Shown piece by piece: positions 1 through 9,638 of a stretch of DNA of 64,000 bases. Position 1 is the first letter of the stretch. The number at the start of each line of letters is the position of its first letter. Location: positions 2,048,001 through 2,112,000 of the forward strand of contig CAXXVS010000002.1 in the NCBI GenBank assembly GCA_963674755.2. Direction: 5' to 3'. This DNA comes from Desulfobacterales bacterium. Its GTDB lineage: Bacteria > Desulfobacterota > Desulfobacteria > Desulfobacterales > UBA5852. Made by a program: the position numbers and the translations under genes. The notes under the pieces were generated by a model, which was not told the DNA's origin, ran no database searches, and was given only the letters and a program-made list of their open reading frames with translations.

Positions 1-2
1 CC

Positions 3-1793
3 GACCCCGATAATCGGGAGATCCTGAACGATATCTTCCGCTCCGTGCATACCATCAAGGGCGCAGCGGAATACCTGGGGATGGAGCGCATCGCCGAACT
101 ATCGCACAAACTGGAGAACCTGCTTGATCTTATGCGCCGCAACGAACGTTCGGCAGGCCGCGAGGTCATCGATCTCCTCATGGCGGCCCGGGATCGGATC
201 GGCATCCTGACCGCCGATCTTCACCAAACCCAGTCGGAGCAGGCCGACATCGAGGACCTCCTCCTCCGGATCCAATCCGCGGGTCTTGTCGAAACAACAC
301 CGCGGCGTGAAGAATCAACGATAGACACGGATGCCCCGCCTGCTTCGACCGGTGCTCCTTCCGACACAGCGCCTGTCGCTGAAGCCTACGAAGAAGAACA
401 TGATGAAGAACTTTTCGGAATTTTTCTGGAGCAACTTCAGGAAGGTCTCGAAGCCCTGCAATCCTGGACGGACGCCTTGGCCGGGGCGGACCACTCCGAC
501 CGGATCGAAATCCTGGGCCGTTGCCTGGAACAGATGGAGCCCCTGCGGTCATCCGCCAATTACATGGGATACGGCAAGTTAACCGCGCTCTACGAGCAGT
601 GGCATCTGGCCTGTCGGAATGCCCGCGAACGCCTTGACGGTGGGGACGACAGCTTCATGCCCACTTTCCTGAGCGAGGATATGCAGGCCACTATCGACGA
701 AATTACAACGGCTTTCCCCCGGTTGAAGCTTGCGGGCCCTGTGCCCCCGGTACCGGCAAGCGGTGTCCAAGACGATCCTTTGGGGCTTATGGAAACCGCG
801 CTGGCAGAAACGCACAACAATTTGTCACCCGAAGAGGCACCTGCCTCCCCGGGCGAAGATGGCCGCCCGAATCCGGTAAATGGGGAGGCGGCCTCGGAAG
901 ACCTACTCGAAGCCTTGAACCTTTTTTCAGAGGATGAAGCCGAAAGCGATCATTTCCGTCTGACAAGCGATCCCGAGCCCTCCCTCGACATCGCTCTCCT
1001 GCAGGATTTTATTGCCGAAACGGTCGAGCATCTGGGCGACATGGAAAGCAGCCTTTTGACACTCGAAAACGATCCCGGCAATCGCGACGTCCTCAATGAC
1101 ATCTTCCGCGCCATGCACACCATCAAGGGGGCCGCTGAATATATGGGCATGGGGCGTATGGCCGAATTGTCCCACAAGCTCGAAAATCTGCTCGACCTCA
1201 TGCGCCAGGGCAAATGCACGATCAACCGCGATATCATCGACCTGCTCATGGCGGCCCGAGACCGAATCGGCATCCTCACGGCCGACCTCCATCAAACCCA
1301 AGCGGAGCAAGCGGATATCGACGATCTCCTGTCGCGTATCCAACCTCTGGTTGCGCAAACCATTGCGCCGGAAACGCCGCCCGCAACCGAAACCTTCGAT
1401 GTTCCAGCAGCCGCGCCCCCGGCCCAGAACGAAAATCCTGAAAACGAAACATATGACGAAGCATATGACGAAGAGCTTTTCAGCATCTTTCTGGAACAGC
1501 TAGAAGAAGGTCTCGACGCCCTCCAGTCATGGACCGATGTCCTCTCCGCCGCGGATCGCGATGATCGGAGCGAAATTCTGGGGCGCTGCCTGTCGCAGAT
1601 CGATCCTCTGCGTTCTTCCGCCAACTACATGGGCTACCGCAAGCTGACCGGACTCTACGACCGGTGGAGCGAAGCCATCCGGAACGCCCTCGAGCGGCTC
1701 GCGGTAGAAGACGATACGTTCATGCCGGCCTTTCTGGCCGGTTGCATGCAGGCCACCGTCGACGATATCCGCCGTTGCTTCCCCAAACTGAAA
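3..1793 (+). repeat. Internal tandem duplication in cheA (unit ~1065 bp: Hpt + pseudo-Hpt)
   Basis: Segments ~3-730 and ~1070-1793 share near-identical protein blocks (AELSHKLENLLDLMR, IDLLMAARDRIGILTADLHQTQ, PLRSSANYMGY) and matching DNA. Confidence 0.9.
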
Positions 1794-3845
1794 ACCCCCG
1801 CGGATGATACGGCCGCCGGCCCTGCTGAAAAAAAACCGCCGGAGACACCTCACGAGGCCCTCCATGCCACCGCCGGGATGGCTGCTGATCTCCTGGATGT
1901 CTACGCCGAGGCGCCGGAAGACCCAACCGTCCCGGGAATCGATCCGGCCCCGAACACCGATATTTCGGAAAGCGACAATCTTTTCGATCGTCTAAGCCAG
2001 TCCTTCGATCGGCGGATGACGGAAAATCAGATACACGGAGGCCACGCGCCGTCCGGCTTGGATTGGGAATTGTTTTCGGAGGACCGTCCTCACGACACCA
2101 CCGCTGACGAGGCCCCCTTGCCGGCCAACCGTCTTCTGGATGAAGAAGACCCCTTGTCCGCCTATCTAACTGCATCTGCGACAGAGGTCCGGGAGACAGC
2201 CATTGAAAGCGTCCATGCGGATGAGGCGGCTTGGCAGGCGGTATCTGTGGAAGAGGACATAGCTTCCGCTCCTCCTGAGAAACCGCTCGAGAAGGCGCCC
2301 ACCAAAAAGGCCGGCCGGCCCCAGGCCGAGACGCCCGCATGGGAGGATCCCGAAATCGACGAGGCTGCGACGGCCGTCCCGGAAGACCGAACGGATGATC
2401 CTTTACCTTCCGGACAGGCCCTTGAAGAAAAGCCCTCCGAGGAGACCTTCGGGGTCGAGGAAACCACCACGCCACCCTTGTCCCAAACGCCTTCCCCGGA
2501 TCCCGATCAGAGTTCGGGCGAACGACGGGACCTCTCTCAACGGGGCCGGCGCAGATCCGACCGGATCGGCGAGCAATTGCTGCGCCAGAGCATCCGGGTC
2601 GATGCGGCCAAGATCGATGCCCTGATGAATCAGGTCGGGGAACTCGTCGTCAGCCGGGCCTGGTTTTCTCAGCTGTTTCACGAGATGCGGGATCTCCAGC
2701 AAAACCTCCAGCACTACGCCAATATTGAAGCCCGTGAAATGAAACAGGTCAAGGGCCTGACCTTCCGGTTGAGCGAAGCCACGGTCGCCTTGGGGCGGGT
2801 GGCCAATGAACTGCAGGAAGGGGTCATGAAGGTACGCATGCTGCCCATCGCCCAGCTATTCAACCGCTACCCGCGTCTGGTGTTCGACCTGGTGCGCAAC
2901 GGCGACAAAAAAGTGAGTCTGGACATCAAGGGTGAAGAGACGGAATTGGACAAGATGGTCATCGAAGCCATTTCCGACCCCCTGATCCATATCATCCGCA
3001 ATGCCGTCGATCACGGCATCGAACCGACCGAAGCGCGCGAACGCCTGGGCAAACCTGAATCCGGCAGTATTCAACTGGAAGCCTACCACGAAGGCAATCA
3101 TGTGGTGATCGAAATTGCCGACGACGGCCGGGGCCTGGATATCGAGCGGATTAAAACCAAGGCCGTGGCCGGCGGGTTTGCCACGCGTGACGACGTCGAC
3201 CGGATGCCCCTCAAGGAACTGACCAGCCTCATTATGCTGCCCGGGTTTTCCACGGCGGCGGAGATTACCCACACCTCCGGCCGGGGGGTGGGCATGGACG
3301 TGGTCAAACAGAATATCGAAAAACTCAACGGTACCATCGAAATCGATTCCACCCCGGGGGTCGGGACGCAGTTTCGCATCAAAATCCCGCTGACCCTGGC
3401 GATCATCCCGGCTTTGCTGGTGCAAGTGCGCGGTGAACTGTTCACCATTCCGCTCTCCACCGTGGAAGAAACGATTCGGATCGCCCCCCAGGATCTTTCC
3501 ACCATCGAAGGGGTCGAAGTCCTGCAACTGCGGGAGACCACCCTGCCCTTGGTGCGGTTGGCCGATCTCTTCAACATGCCCACCGAACCATCGGACGACG
3601 GGCGCGCCTTCGTGGTGGTGGTCAGCACCGGAATGAAACGCGTGGGGCTTGTGGTGGACGTATTGCGGGGGCAGGAGGAAGTGGTCATCAAACCGCTGGA
3701 GGATTACCTCCAGGAAAAGAGCGGCTTCTCCGGGGCGACCATCCTCGGTGACGGCCGGATATCCTTGATCCTGGATATCTACGAACTGGTCAATTTATCC
3801 ATCGACCGTCAGTCACGGCGTCAGCACGCCGCCGTACCGGCGTGA
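3..3845 (+). CDS. cheA: CheA-like chemotaxis histidine kinase, 5'-truncated by the window edge; two Hpt plus two pseudo-Hpt domains, acidic linker, dimerisation, HATPase and CheW domains
   Basis: HTIKG motifs at 48 and 1116; SIRVDAAKIDALMNQVGELV; HIIRNAVDHGIE, DDGRG, PGFST and SGRGVGMDVV ATPase boxes; C-terminal CheW-like domain. The frame is open from base 3. Confidence 0.95.
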   Translation, partial: DPDNREILNDIFRSVHTIKGAAEYLGMERIAELSHKLENLLDLMRRNERSAGREVIDLLMAARDRIGILTADLHQTQSEQADIEDLLLRIQSAGLVETTPRREESTIDTDAPPASTGAPSDTAPVAEAYEEEHDEELFGIFLEQLQEGLEALQSWTDALAGADHSDRIEILGRCLEQMEPLRSSANYMGYGKLTALYEQWHLACRNARERLDGGDDSFMPTFLSEDMQATIDEITTAFPRLKLAGPVPPVPASGVQDDPLGLMETALAETHNNLSPEEAPASPGEDGRPNPVNGEAASEDLLEALNLFSEDEAESDHFRLTSDPEPSLDIALLQDFIAETVEHLGDMESSLLTLENDPGNRDVLNDIFRAMHTIKGAAEYMGMGRMAELSHKLENLLDLMRQGKCTINRDIIDLLMAARDRIGILTADLHQTQAEQADIDDLLSRIQPLVAQTIAPETPPATETFDVPAAAPPAQNENPENETYDEAYDEELFSIFLEQLEEGLDALQSWTDVLSAADRDDRSEILGRCLSQIDPLRSSANYMGYRKLTGLYDRWSEAIRNALERLAVEDDTFMPAFLAGCMQATVDDIRRCFPKLKTPADDTAAGPAEKKPPETPHEALHATAGMAADLLDVYAEAPEDPTVPGIDPAPNTDISESDNLFDRLSQSFDRRMTENQIHGGHAPSGLDWELFSEDRPHDTTADEAPLPANRLLDEEDPLSAYLTASATEVRETAIESVHADEAAWQAVSVEEDIASAPPEKPLEKAPTKKAGRPQAETPAWEDPEIDEAATAVPEDRTDDPLPSGQALEEKPSEETFGVEETTTPPLSQTPSPDPDQSSGERRDLSQRGRRRSDRIGEQLLRQSIRVDAAKIDALMNQVGELVVSRAWFSQLFHEMRDLQQNLQHYANIEAREMKQVKGLTFRLSEATVALGRVANELQEGVMKVRMLPIAQLFNRYPRLVFDLVRNGDKKVSLDIKGEETELDKMVIEAISDPLIHIIRNAVDHGIEPTEARERLGKPESGSIQLEAYHEGNHVVIEIADDGRGLDIERIKTKAVAGGFATRDDVDRMPLKELTSLIMLPGFSTAAEITHTSGRGVGMDVVKQNIEKLNGTIEIDSTPGVGTQFRIKIPLTLAIIPALLVQVRGELFTIPLSTVEETIRIAPQDLSTIEGVEVLQLRETTLPLVRLADLFNMPTEPSDDGRAFVVVVSTGMKRVGLVVDVLRGQEEVVIKPLEDYLQEKSGFSGATILGDGRISLILDIYELVNLSIDRQSRRQHAAVPA

Positions 3846-3914
3846 GGAAGATAGAGAAGCACTGGTAATGGGGTGTCGAAAAACGTCGACTGACCGGATA
3901 CTGGAAAAGGGGTC

Positions 3915-5741
3915 TTGACCCGAATGACCGCTGGGATACCCAAAGCGCTGTTTGTTAATCTGCCGCCCCGTCTGCGTACCTCGCTGACCACTTCACCTAG
4001 CGGGGATACAATGCCTTACGGCGTGCGCACCGCCGGCAATCTCCAGGAGGCCCTTGTCATCCTGACCGAGGACGACGTCTTTAGCGTTCTCATTGCCGTA
4101 GAGACGGCGGAAACGGTCGGTGACCATCTGCTCCGGGAAATCCGCGCCGGATATCCCAATATCGACATCTTGGCTCTGCTCCCGGAAGGCGACACCTCCC
4201 TGGCCGGTCAAATTCCGGCCGACTTGAACGTGCGGGCCCTGCACCATCCGGTGGATGTCGCCGCCCTGGCTCAGCAACTGACCGAACAGTCACACCGCCG
4301 CGGACAAGGATTTGCCGGAACCCTGAAAAACATCCAGATCGACGATTTGATCCAGATGTGCTGCCTATCGATGGCCACCATTTCCATCCGGGTTGCCCAG
4401 GACAGCCAGCAGGGTGTCATTTACATCCGGGATGGCGAAGTGGTTCACGCGGTTTGCGGTAAGACCACCGGCGAGGAGGCCTTCTACCAGATCCTGGGAT
4501 GGGCCAGCGGCCGGTTCGAAACCATCGACGAATGCTACGAAGGCGACGATACCGTCAACAAAAGCCACGAATTTCTTCTGATGGAAGCGGCCCGCCGCAA
4601 CGACGAGGAGAACGAGAATGAAACGGAGGGCGATAGCGGCGCGTCCTTTGAAGAAAACACGGGACACCCTACGAAGGAGCGGCTCAAAATTCTTCTGGTG
4701 GAAGATTCCACGCTCATGGCAAATATTCTTTCAAGCATGCTGACGGCAACGGGCGAGATGGACGTGGTGGGAATCGCCCAAAACGGCCAGGACGCTTTGG
4801 AGATGGCCCAAAATTTTTATCCGGATCTGATTCTGCTGGATGTGAATATGCCGGTTATGGACGGCAGCACGGCCCTGAAACACATCATGATCCGAACGCC
4901 TTGCCCGGTGGTGGTCATGAGCAATGTCGGCAGCGGGTCGCCGGAAACCGTCCTTCAGTTCCTGGAGCTGGGGGCGGTGGACTTCATGGCCAAACCGATC
5001 AAGAATAATGACCTGTTGCTCCAGCAGCAAAAAATTGTCAGCCGTATTGCGCGTGCGGCCGCGGCCGAAATTAAAAATTTCCGTCGCTACCGGTCTGGCC
5101 CGGTACAAAACCCGGAAGATCGTACACGCCATTTCCCGGACTCGCCCGCCGATCAGCTGATGGTCATTTCGACAGGGTGCAGCGCCCATGCCGAACTGAC
5201 CCAATTGCTGGCCCAGCTGCCCAATGATCACAATCTGGCAATGATCATCCTGCAGACGATCCCGCCCGCCTTCATCCCGGCGCTTGCCCGCTATCTCGAC
5301 AAGCAAAGCGCCTATTCGGTGGTGCCGCTGATCGATGGGTCTCCGCTTCGGACCGGCACGTGCTATCTGGGCACACCGGGCCATGCCCTGCGGACCACCG
5401 CCACCGGACGGGAAATGGTGGTGGAAATGCCCACCCACCGCCGCAGGGATTCCGCCCATGAGGTCAGCTATCTGGATCTATTTCTCTGCTCGGCCGTGGA
5501 CTGCTACCCGGGAAGCTTGATGGTGGCCGTTCTCTCCGGTGCGGAAACCGGCAATCTGGAAGGTCTGCGCTACGTGCAGCAACGCGGCGCCCGAATCATG
5601 GTGCAGGATCCGGCGACCTGCATGGTGGCGCAACCGCCCGCATCCATTGCGGCGGCGGGTCTGGCCGGAACCATTGCGGCGCCGGAGGCCATTGCCGATC
5701 ATATCCGCGTCTGGGCTGGCAACGGCATTGGGGAAACATGA
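3915..5741 (+). CDS. Hybrid signalling protein: degenerate receiver + DUF4388 + receiver + CheB-methylesterase-like domain (probably inactive)
   Basis: FAGTLKNIQIDDLIQM...GVIYIRDGEVVHA...GEEAF (DUF4388-like); ILLVEDS / ILLDVNMP / FMAKP receiver; C-terminal CheB-like segment (VQDPATC). Start uncertain (TTG). Confidence 0.8.
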   Translation: MTRMTAGIPKALFVNLPPRLRTSLTTSPSGDTMPYGVRTAGNLQEALVILTEDDVFSVLIAVETAETVGDHLLREIRAGYPNIDILALLPEGDTSLAGQIPADLNVRALHHPVDVAALAQQLTEQSHRRGQGFAGTLKNIQIDDLIQMCCLSMATISIRVAQDSQQGVIYIRDGEVVHAVCGKTTGEEAFYQILGWASGRFETIDECYEGDDTVNKSHEFLLMEAARRNDEENENETEGDSGASFEENTGHPTKERLKILLVEDSTLMANILSSMLTATGEMDVVGIAQNGQDALEMAQNFYPDLILLDVNMPVMDGSTALKHIMIRTPCPVVVMSNVGSGSPETVLQFLELGAVDFMAKPIKNNDLLLQQQKIVSRIARAAAAEIKNFRRYRSGPVQNPEDRTRHFPDSPADQLMVISTGCSAHAELTQLLAQLPNDHNLAMIILQTIPPAFIPALARYLDKQSAYSVVPLIDGSPLRTGTCYLGTPGHALRTTATGREMVVEMPTHRRRDSAHEVSYLDLFLCSAVDCYPGSLMVAVLSGAETGNLEGLRYVQQRGARIMVQDPATCMVAQPPASIAAAGLAGTIAAPEAIADHIRVWAGNGIGET

Positions 5742-5834
5742 CGTGACGCGCCGATTAAGTTCGCCGGCGGCGATGACAGCCGGATGCCGTTTGAAGGAAA
5801 TTGAGTTTCCGTCGAATTCGATTTGGGAGACCTC

Positions 5835-6872
5835 ATGGGAGAAAAAATCAAAGTCCTGATTGTCGACGATGCCGCATTTATGCGCAAAGCCATTGCCGAT
5901 GTTCTCGGTCGGGACCCGGGAATTGAAGTTGTGGGCACCGCCCGCAACGGACTTGAAGGGTTGAAAGCCATCAAAACGCTGCGGCCGGATGTCATTACCT
6001 TAGACATCGACATGCCCGTGATGGACGGCTTGACCGGCATTCGCCATATCATGATCGAATCCCCGGTTCCCATCGTCGTTCTAAGCTCGCTGTTCACCGA
6101 CGGTGCCATCACCTTCGATGCCCTGCGGCTGGGAGTTGTGGATTTCATTCCCAAACCGTCCGGGGCGGTTTCCACCGATATCGAAAAGTCCCAGAGCCAG
6201 TTGGTTGACCGCATCAAGCTGGCCAGTTCGGTGAATCTGGAAAATGTCCGTCGGGTACGCCTGCTCAACTATGACATCAATGAACGCCTGTCCGCGCGCT
6301 ATGGCTACGCGCAGCTGGACTATCTCCTGACCTTGGGCACAACCCTGAGCGGACCCAATACGGTCATCCGCCTGCTCTCCAATCTTCCGCCGCGGTTGCC
6401 CGCGGCGGTGGTGGTCGTTCAGGAAATTTCCCCCAAGATCATCACCGCCTTTGCCCGGCAGTTCGATGCCAGTGTCCCCTGGCGCGTGCGCGTGGCCGAG
6501 GACGGCATACCCATCGAGCAGGGCACCTGCTACATCAGTTCCTATGAAAGACCCGTCCGCATCCAGGCGACGGCGGAAAGCGGGCCCTGTCTGAGTCAGG
6601 TCGGTGAAGCGGCCATGCCGCTGGATCTGCTGTTTTCCTCCGCCGCCGACATATTCCACCAGAACACCATCGGGGTTCTGCTCACCGGTATCGGGGAAGA
6701 CGGCGCCCGGGGCTTCGCCCATATAAGGGAAACCGAGGGCGTGACCCTGGCGCAGGATACCCAGTGCTGCGTGTATCCCAATCTGACCCATAATGCGATC
6801 CATAGCGGCACGGTGGACATCGTGCTGGATGAATTGAAGCTGCCCCAGGCCATCGCATCGATCATGACCTGA
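5835..6872 (+). CDS. cheB: CheB-family response regulator/methylesterase-like protein with a degenerate catalytic site
   Basis: KVLIVDD, ITLDIDMPVMDG, FIPKP receiver; methylesterase domain with GVLLTGIGEDGARG; GGAG upstream of the ATG. Confidence 0.85.
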   Translation: MGEKIKVLIVDDAAFMRKAIADVLGRDPGIEVVGTARNGLEGLKAIKTLRPDVITLDIDMPVMDGLTGIRHIMIESPVPIVVLSSLFTDGAITFDALRLGVVDFIPKPSGAVSTDIEKSQSQLVDRIKLASSVNLENVRRVRLLNYDINERLSARYGYAQLDYLLTLGTTLSGPNTVIRLLSNLPPRLPAAVVVVQEISPKIITAFARQFDASVPWRVRVAEDGIPIEQGTCYISSYERPVRIQATAESGPCLSQVGEAAMPLDLLFSSAADIFHQNTIGVLLTGIGEDGARGFAHIRETEGVTLAQDTQCCVYPNLTHNAIHSGTVDIVLDELKLPQAIASIMT

Positions 6873-6948
6873 CCGTCCCCACAGGCCTTGGATCCCCTGC
6901 GGACACCAAGCGCATGACAGGGTCCGGCCATGCTCAAAAGGAGTCTTC

Positions 6949-7911
6949 ATGATTGTCGTTTGTGAAAAGTGTCAAAGCCGATTCAAGCTGGACGAAAGCC
7001 GGATCAAGGCTTCCCGCTTCAAAGCCCGGTGCTCCCGGTGCCAGCATGTATTTTCCGCGACCAAACCGGCACCGGCCGCACCGGAAACGTCCCCGGCCGC
7101 GGCCCCTATCGTCCCGCAGGGGGAAAAACCGCCGGCCGGGGTGATTGCCGTCAGCAACCAGAAGGGCGGGGTCGCCAAGACCACCACCTGCCTGAATCTG
7201 GGTATTTCCCTGGCGATGCTGCGCAAACGGGTGTTGCTGATCGATTTCGATGTCCAGTCGAATCTGACCATTTCCCTGGGATATCAGAACATGCCGTCAT
7301 TCTATGACATGCTCAACGCCCCCCGGGAAAAGGAGGAGCGTTTTCTGATCAAAACCCAGTATACCGGCCTCTGGCTCCTGCCCTCGAACAAGAACATGGT
7401 GTTGCTGAATAAAAGATATTTCGGCGCCCCCCACTACGAATTTATTCTCCAGGAACGATTGAAAGCCCTCCGGAACCGTTTCGACTACATCCTCATCGAC
7501 ACCCCGCCTTCGATTGAATTTTTTACGTTGAATGCATTGACCGCATCGGACTTGGTCATCATCCCCACCCAGTGTGACTACCTGTCCACCCATGGTGTCG
7601 ATCAGATCCTGAAGTTGATCGATCTGGTCCGCCAGAAAACGAACCCGGCAGTCACCCCCCGCATGCTGATCACCATGTATGACGACCGGTCCACGGCCTC
7701 CCAGGTCATTTACAACAAGCTGCAGCAGCTCTACCGCGACCAGACCTTCGAAGCCCTCATTCATTACGACGACAAACTGCGGGAAGCCCAGATCATGACC
7801 ATCCCGGTGATCCACTACGACCAGGGCAGCCGGGCCGGAAAGGAATACATGGATCTGGCACAGGAAGTTCTTCAGCTGACGCCGGGAGACGCAACAGTCC
7901 ATGGGCGGTAA
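6949..7911 (+). CDS. ParA/Soj-family ATPase with an N-terminal MJ0042-type zinc ribbon
   Basis: CEKC...CSRC zinc ribbon; NQKGGVAKTTT Walker A; LLIDFDVQSNLT; ILIDTPPS; AAGGAG RBS. Confidence 0.9.
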   Translation: MIVVCEKCQSRFKLDESRIKASRFKARCSRCQHVFSATKPAPAAPETSPAAAPIVPQGEKPPAGVIAVSNQKGGVAKTTTCLNLGISLAMLRKRVLLIDFDVQSNLTISLGYQNMPSFYDMLNAPREKEERFLIKTQYTGLWLLPSNKNMVLLNKRYFGAPHYEFILQERLKALRNRFDYILIDTPPSIEFFTLNALTASDLVIIPTQCDYLSTHGVDQILKLIDLVRQKTNPAVTPRMLITMYDDRSTASQVIYNKLQQLYRDQTFEALIHYDDKLREAQIMTIPVIHYDQGSRAGKEYMDLAQEVLQLTPGDATVHGR

Positions 7912-8968
7912 GCCGATAATGGGAGCCCTGTGGCAGTGGGCGGCGCTGCTGATGGCCCTCTTGGCGGCCCTGCAATTCGCTGCGAGCGCTGCCGCGGAAA
8001 CCCGCTTGGAGGGACCGATCCGGCAGGATCAGATCTGGGACCAGGGGCAAAGCCCGTATCGTATCGCAGGCGTGTTGTCCGTGGAGAGGAACGCCACCGT
8101 GACCGTTACGCCCGGCGTGGTGGTACGCTTCGAGAAAGACAGCAGCATCGATGTCAAAGGCTCCCTAATGGCCGATCATGCCGTCTTCGACGGGATGGAA
8201 GACCTCTACAATCATGAAAAAATACGCTTCCATCCCGGAAGTCAGGGGCGCCTGAGCCATTGCGTTGCGCAAAACCTGGCACTTGAAATTCACACCAGCG
8301 AAGCCATGATTACCGGCAGCGTCATCTCCAACCGCAACGGCAGCGGGATTACCGTTGGCAAAACCAGCCGGCCGGCCATCTTTCACAATGACTTTACGCA
8401 CAACAGCTACTATGCCGTCTACAAGGAGGGCCATGATATCCTCCACGCGCCTAACAATTACTGGGGGGCGGCCGACGGTCCTTCCGGCACCGGCCCGGGT
8501 ACAGGGGATGCCGTCAATACCGCTGTCGATTTCCTGCCCTTCGCGTCCGCCGACATGGGGGAGCACCTCGTCTTGCTGGAAAGGCGTCTGGACCACACCA
8601 CCGCCCAACCGGGTGCTAATGTCACGTTAACCTATGTCATTGCGAACCTTAACAGCTTTGACCATGACGTCATTCTGGGGGCATCCATTTACAGCGACCC
8701 GGCACGGCATATTCACAGCCCTTCTCACGATCTGGCGGTGACGATCAAGCCCGGGGTCCATCGGGTGACCCGCGCCTTCACCATTCCACCGGATGCGGCC
8801 CTAGGATACTACACCATGCTGTGGGGCGTAATGAAGGCCGACCTCTCCGCCTATTTCGTCCTGCAAAAAGATCCCGATCGATTGAACGTCGCGGCGGTTG
8901 CCGCCACGGAGCCACCCCCGGCCGAATCGCCGGGATGGGCACCGATAAAACCATCGCTGCCGTATTAA
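7901..8968 (+). CDS. Secreted protein with a right-handed beta-helix-like region and a C-terminal beta-sandwich-like domain
   Basis: Signal peptide ending in AAA; SPYRIAG-VLSV...VTPGVVVRF and APNNYWGAADGP motifs typical of parallel beta-helix proteins; overlaps the parA stop. Confidence 0.6.
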   Translation: MGGKPIMGALWQWAALLMALLAALQFAASAAAETRLEGPIRQDQIWDQGQSPYRIAGVLSVERNATVTVTPGVVVRFEKDSSIDVKGSLMADHAVFDGMEDLYNHEKIRFHPGSQGRLSHCVAQNLALEIHTSEAMITGSVISNRNGSGITVGKTSRPAIFHNDFTHNSYYAVYKEGHDILHAPNNYWGAADGPSGTGPGTGDAVNTAVDFLPFASADMGEHLVLLERRLDHTTAQPGANVTLTYVIANLNSFDHDVILGASIYSDPARHIHSPSHDLAVTIKPGVHRVTRAFTIPPDAALGYYTMLWGVMKADLSAYFVLQKDPDRLNVAAVAATEPPPAESPGWAPIKPSLPY

Positions 8969-9011
8969 GGGACCACCCCATGCACGAGCACGAAACAGGT
9001 CCTCAGAATCG

Positions 9012-9638
9012 ATGAAATCGCAATCAAAATACTCTTTGCAGCGCACCATGATGGTCTATTTCCTGCTCATCGGATTTGCCGTCCTGCTCGTCGGCCTTGA
9101 ATTTATCGTCGAAACCCAGGGGGAAGACATGCGCCAAGCTTTTCTTACGCGGCTCTCCGCTCCCGCGGCGGATTCGGCCCAGCAGGAGGTATTGCTGCAA
9201 CCCCTGGCCCATCTGCGCAACAAGGCGATTCTGGTAATAGCCATCATCATGGTCGTCATTCTGATTGTCATGACCATGTTCATGAAGCACATCACGGAAC
9301 CCCTGCAGCACATGATTGCCGCCTCCCGCAAGATATCCGGCGGCGACCTCAGCCAAACGATCCGGATCGAGGGCAACAACGAATTGGCCGAATTGGGCGG
9401 CGTCATCAATGAGATGTCCAGCAACCTGCAGGAAATCATCCATATGTCCCGCCATGTCTGTGAAGCTGGCGAAGCATTGCTGTCGACGGTAGACAAGGTT
9501 CCGTCCAAGCTGGAACCCGCCGCCCAAAATAAATCGCAACGGCAGACGGAGCTGGATCGCTTCCGTGCGGAGCTGGGCGTACTGCAAACAGCGCTGAAGT
9601 GCTTTCGCTTTTACGTCATCCCGGAGTCGAAGACATGA
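9012..9638 (+). CDS. Two-TM HAMP-domain protein without a recognisable output domain
   Basis: Two hydrophobic helices; ITEPLQHM...ISGGDLSQTI...NELAELGGVINEM HAMP motif; short C-terminal tail. Confidence 0.8.
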   Translation: MKSQSKYSLQRTMMVYFLLIGFAVLLVGLEFIVETQGEDMRQAFLTRLSAPAADSAQQEVLLQPLAHLRNKAILVIAIIMVVILIVMTMFMKHITEPLQHMIAASRKISGGDLSQTIRIEGNNELAELGGVINEMSSNLQEIIHMSRHVCEAGEALLSTVDKVPSKLEPAAQNKSQRQTELDRFRAELGVLQTALKCFRFYVIPESKT

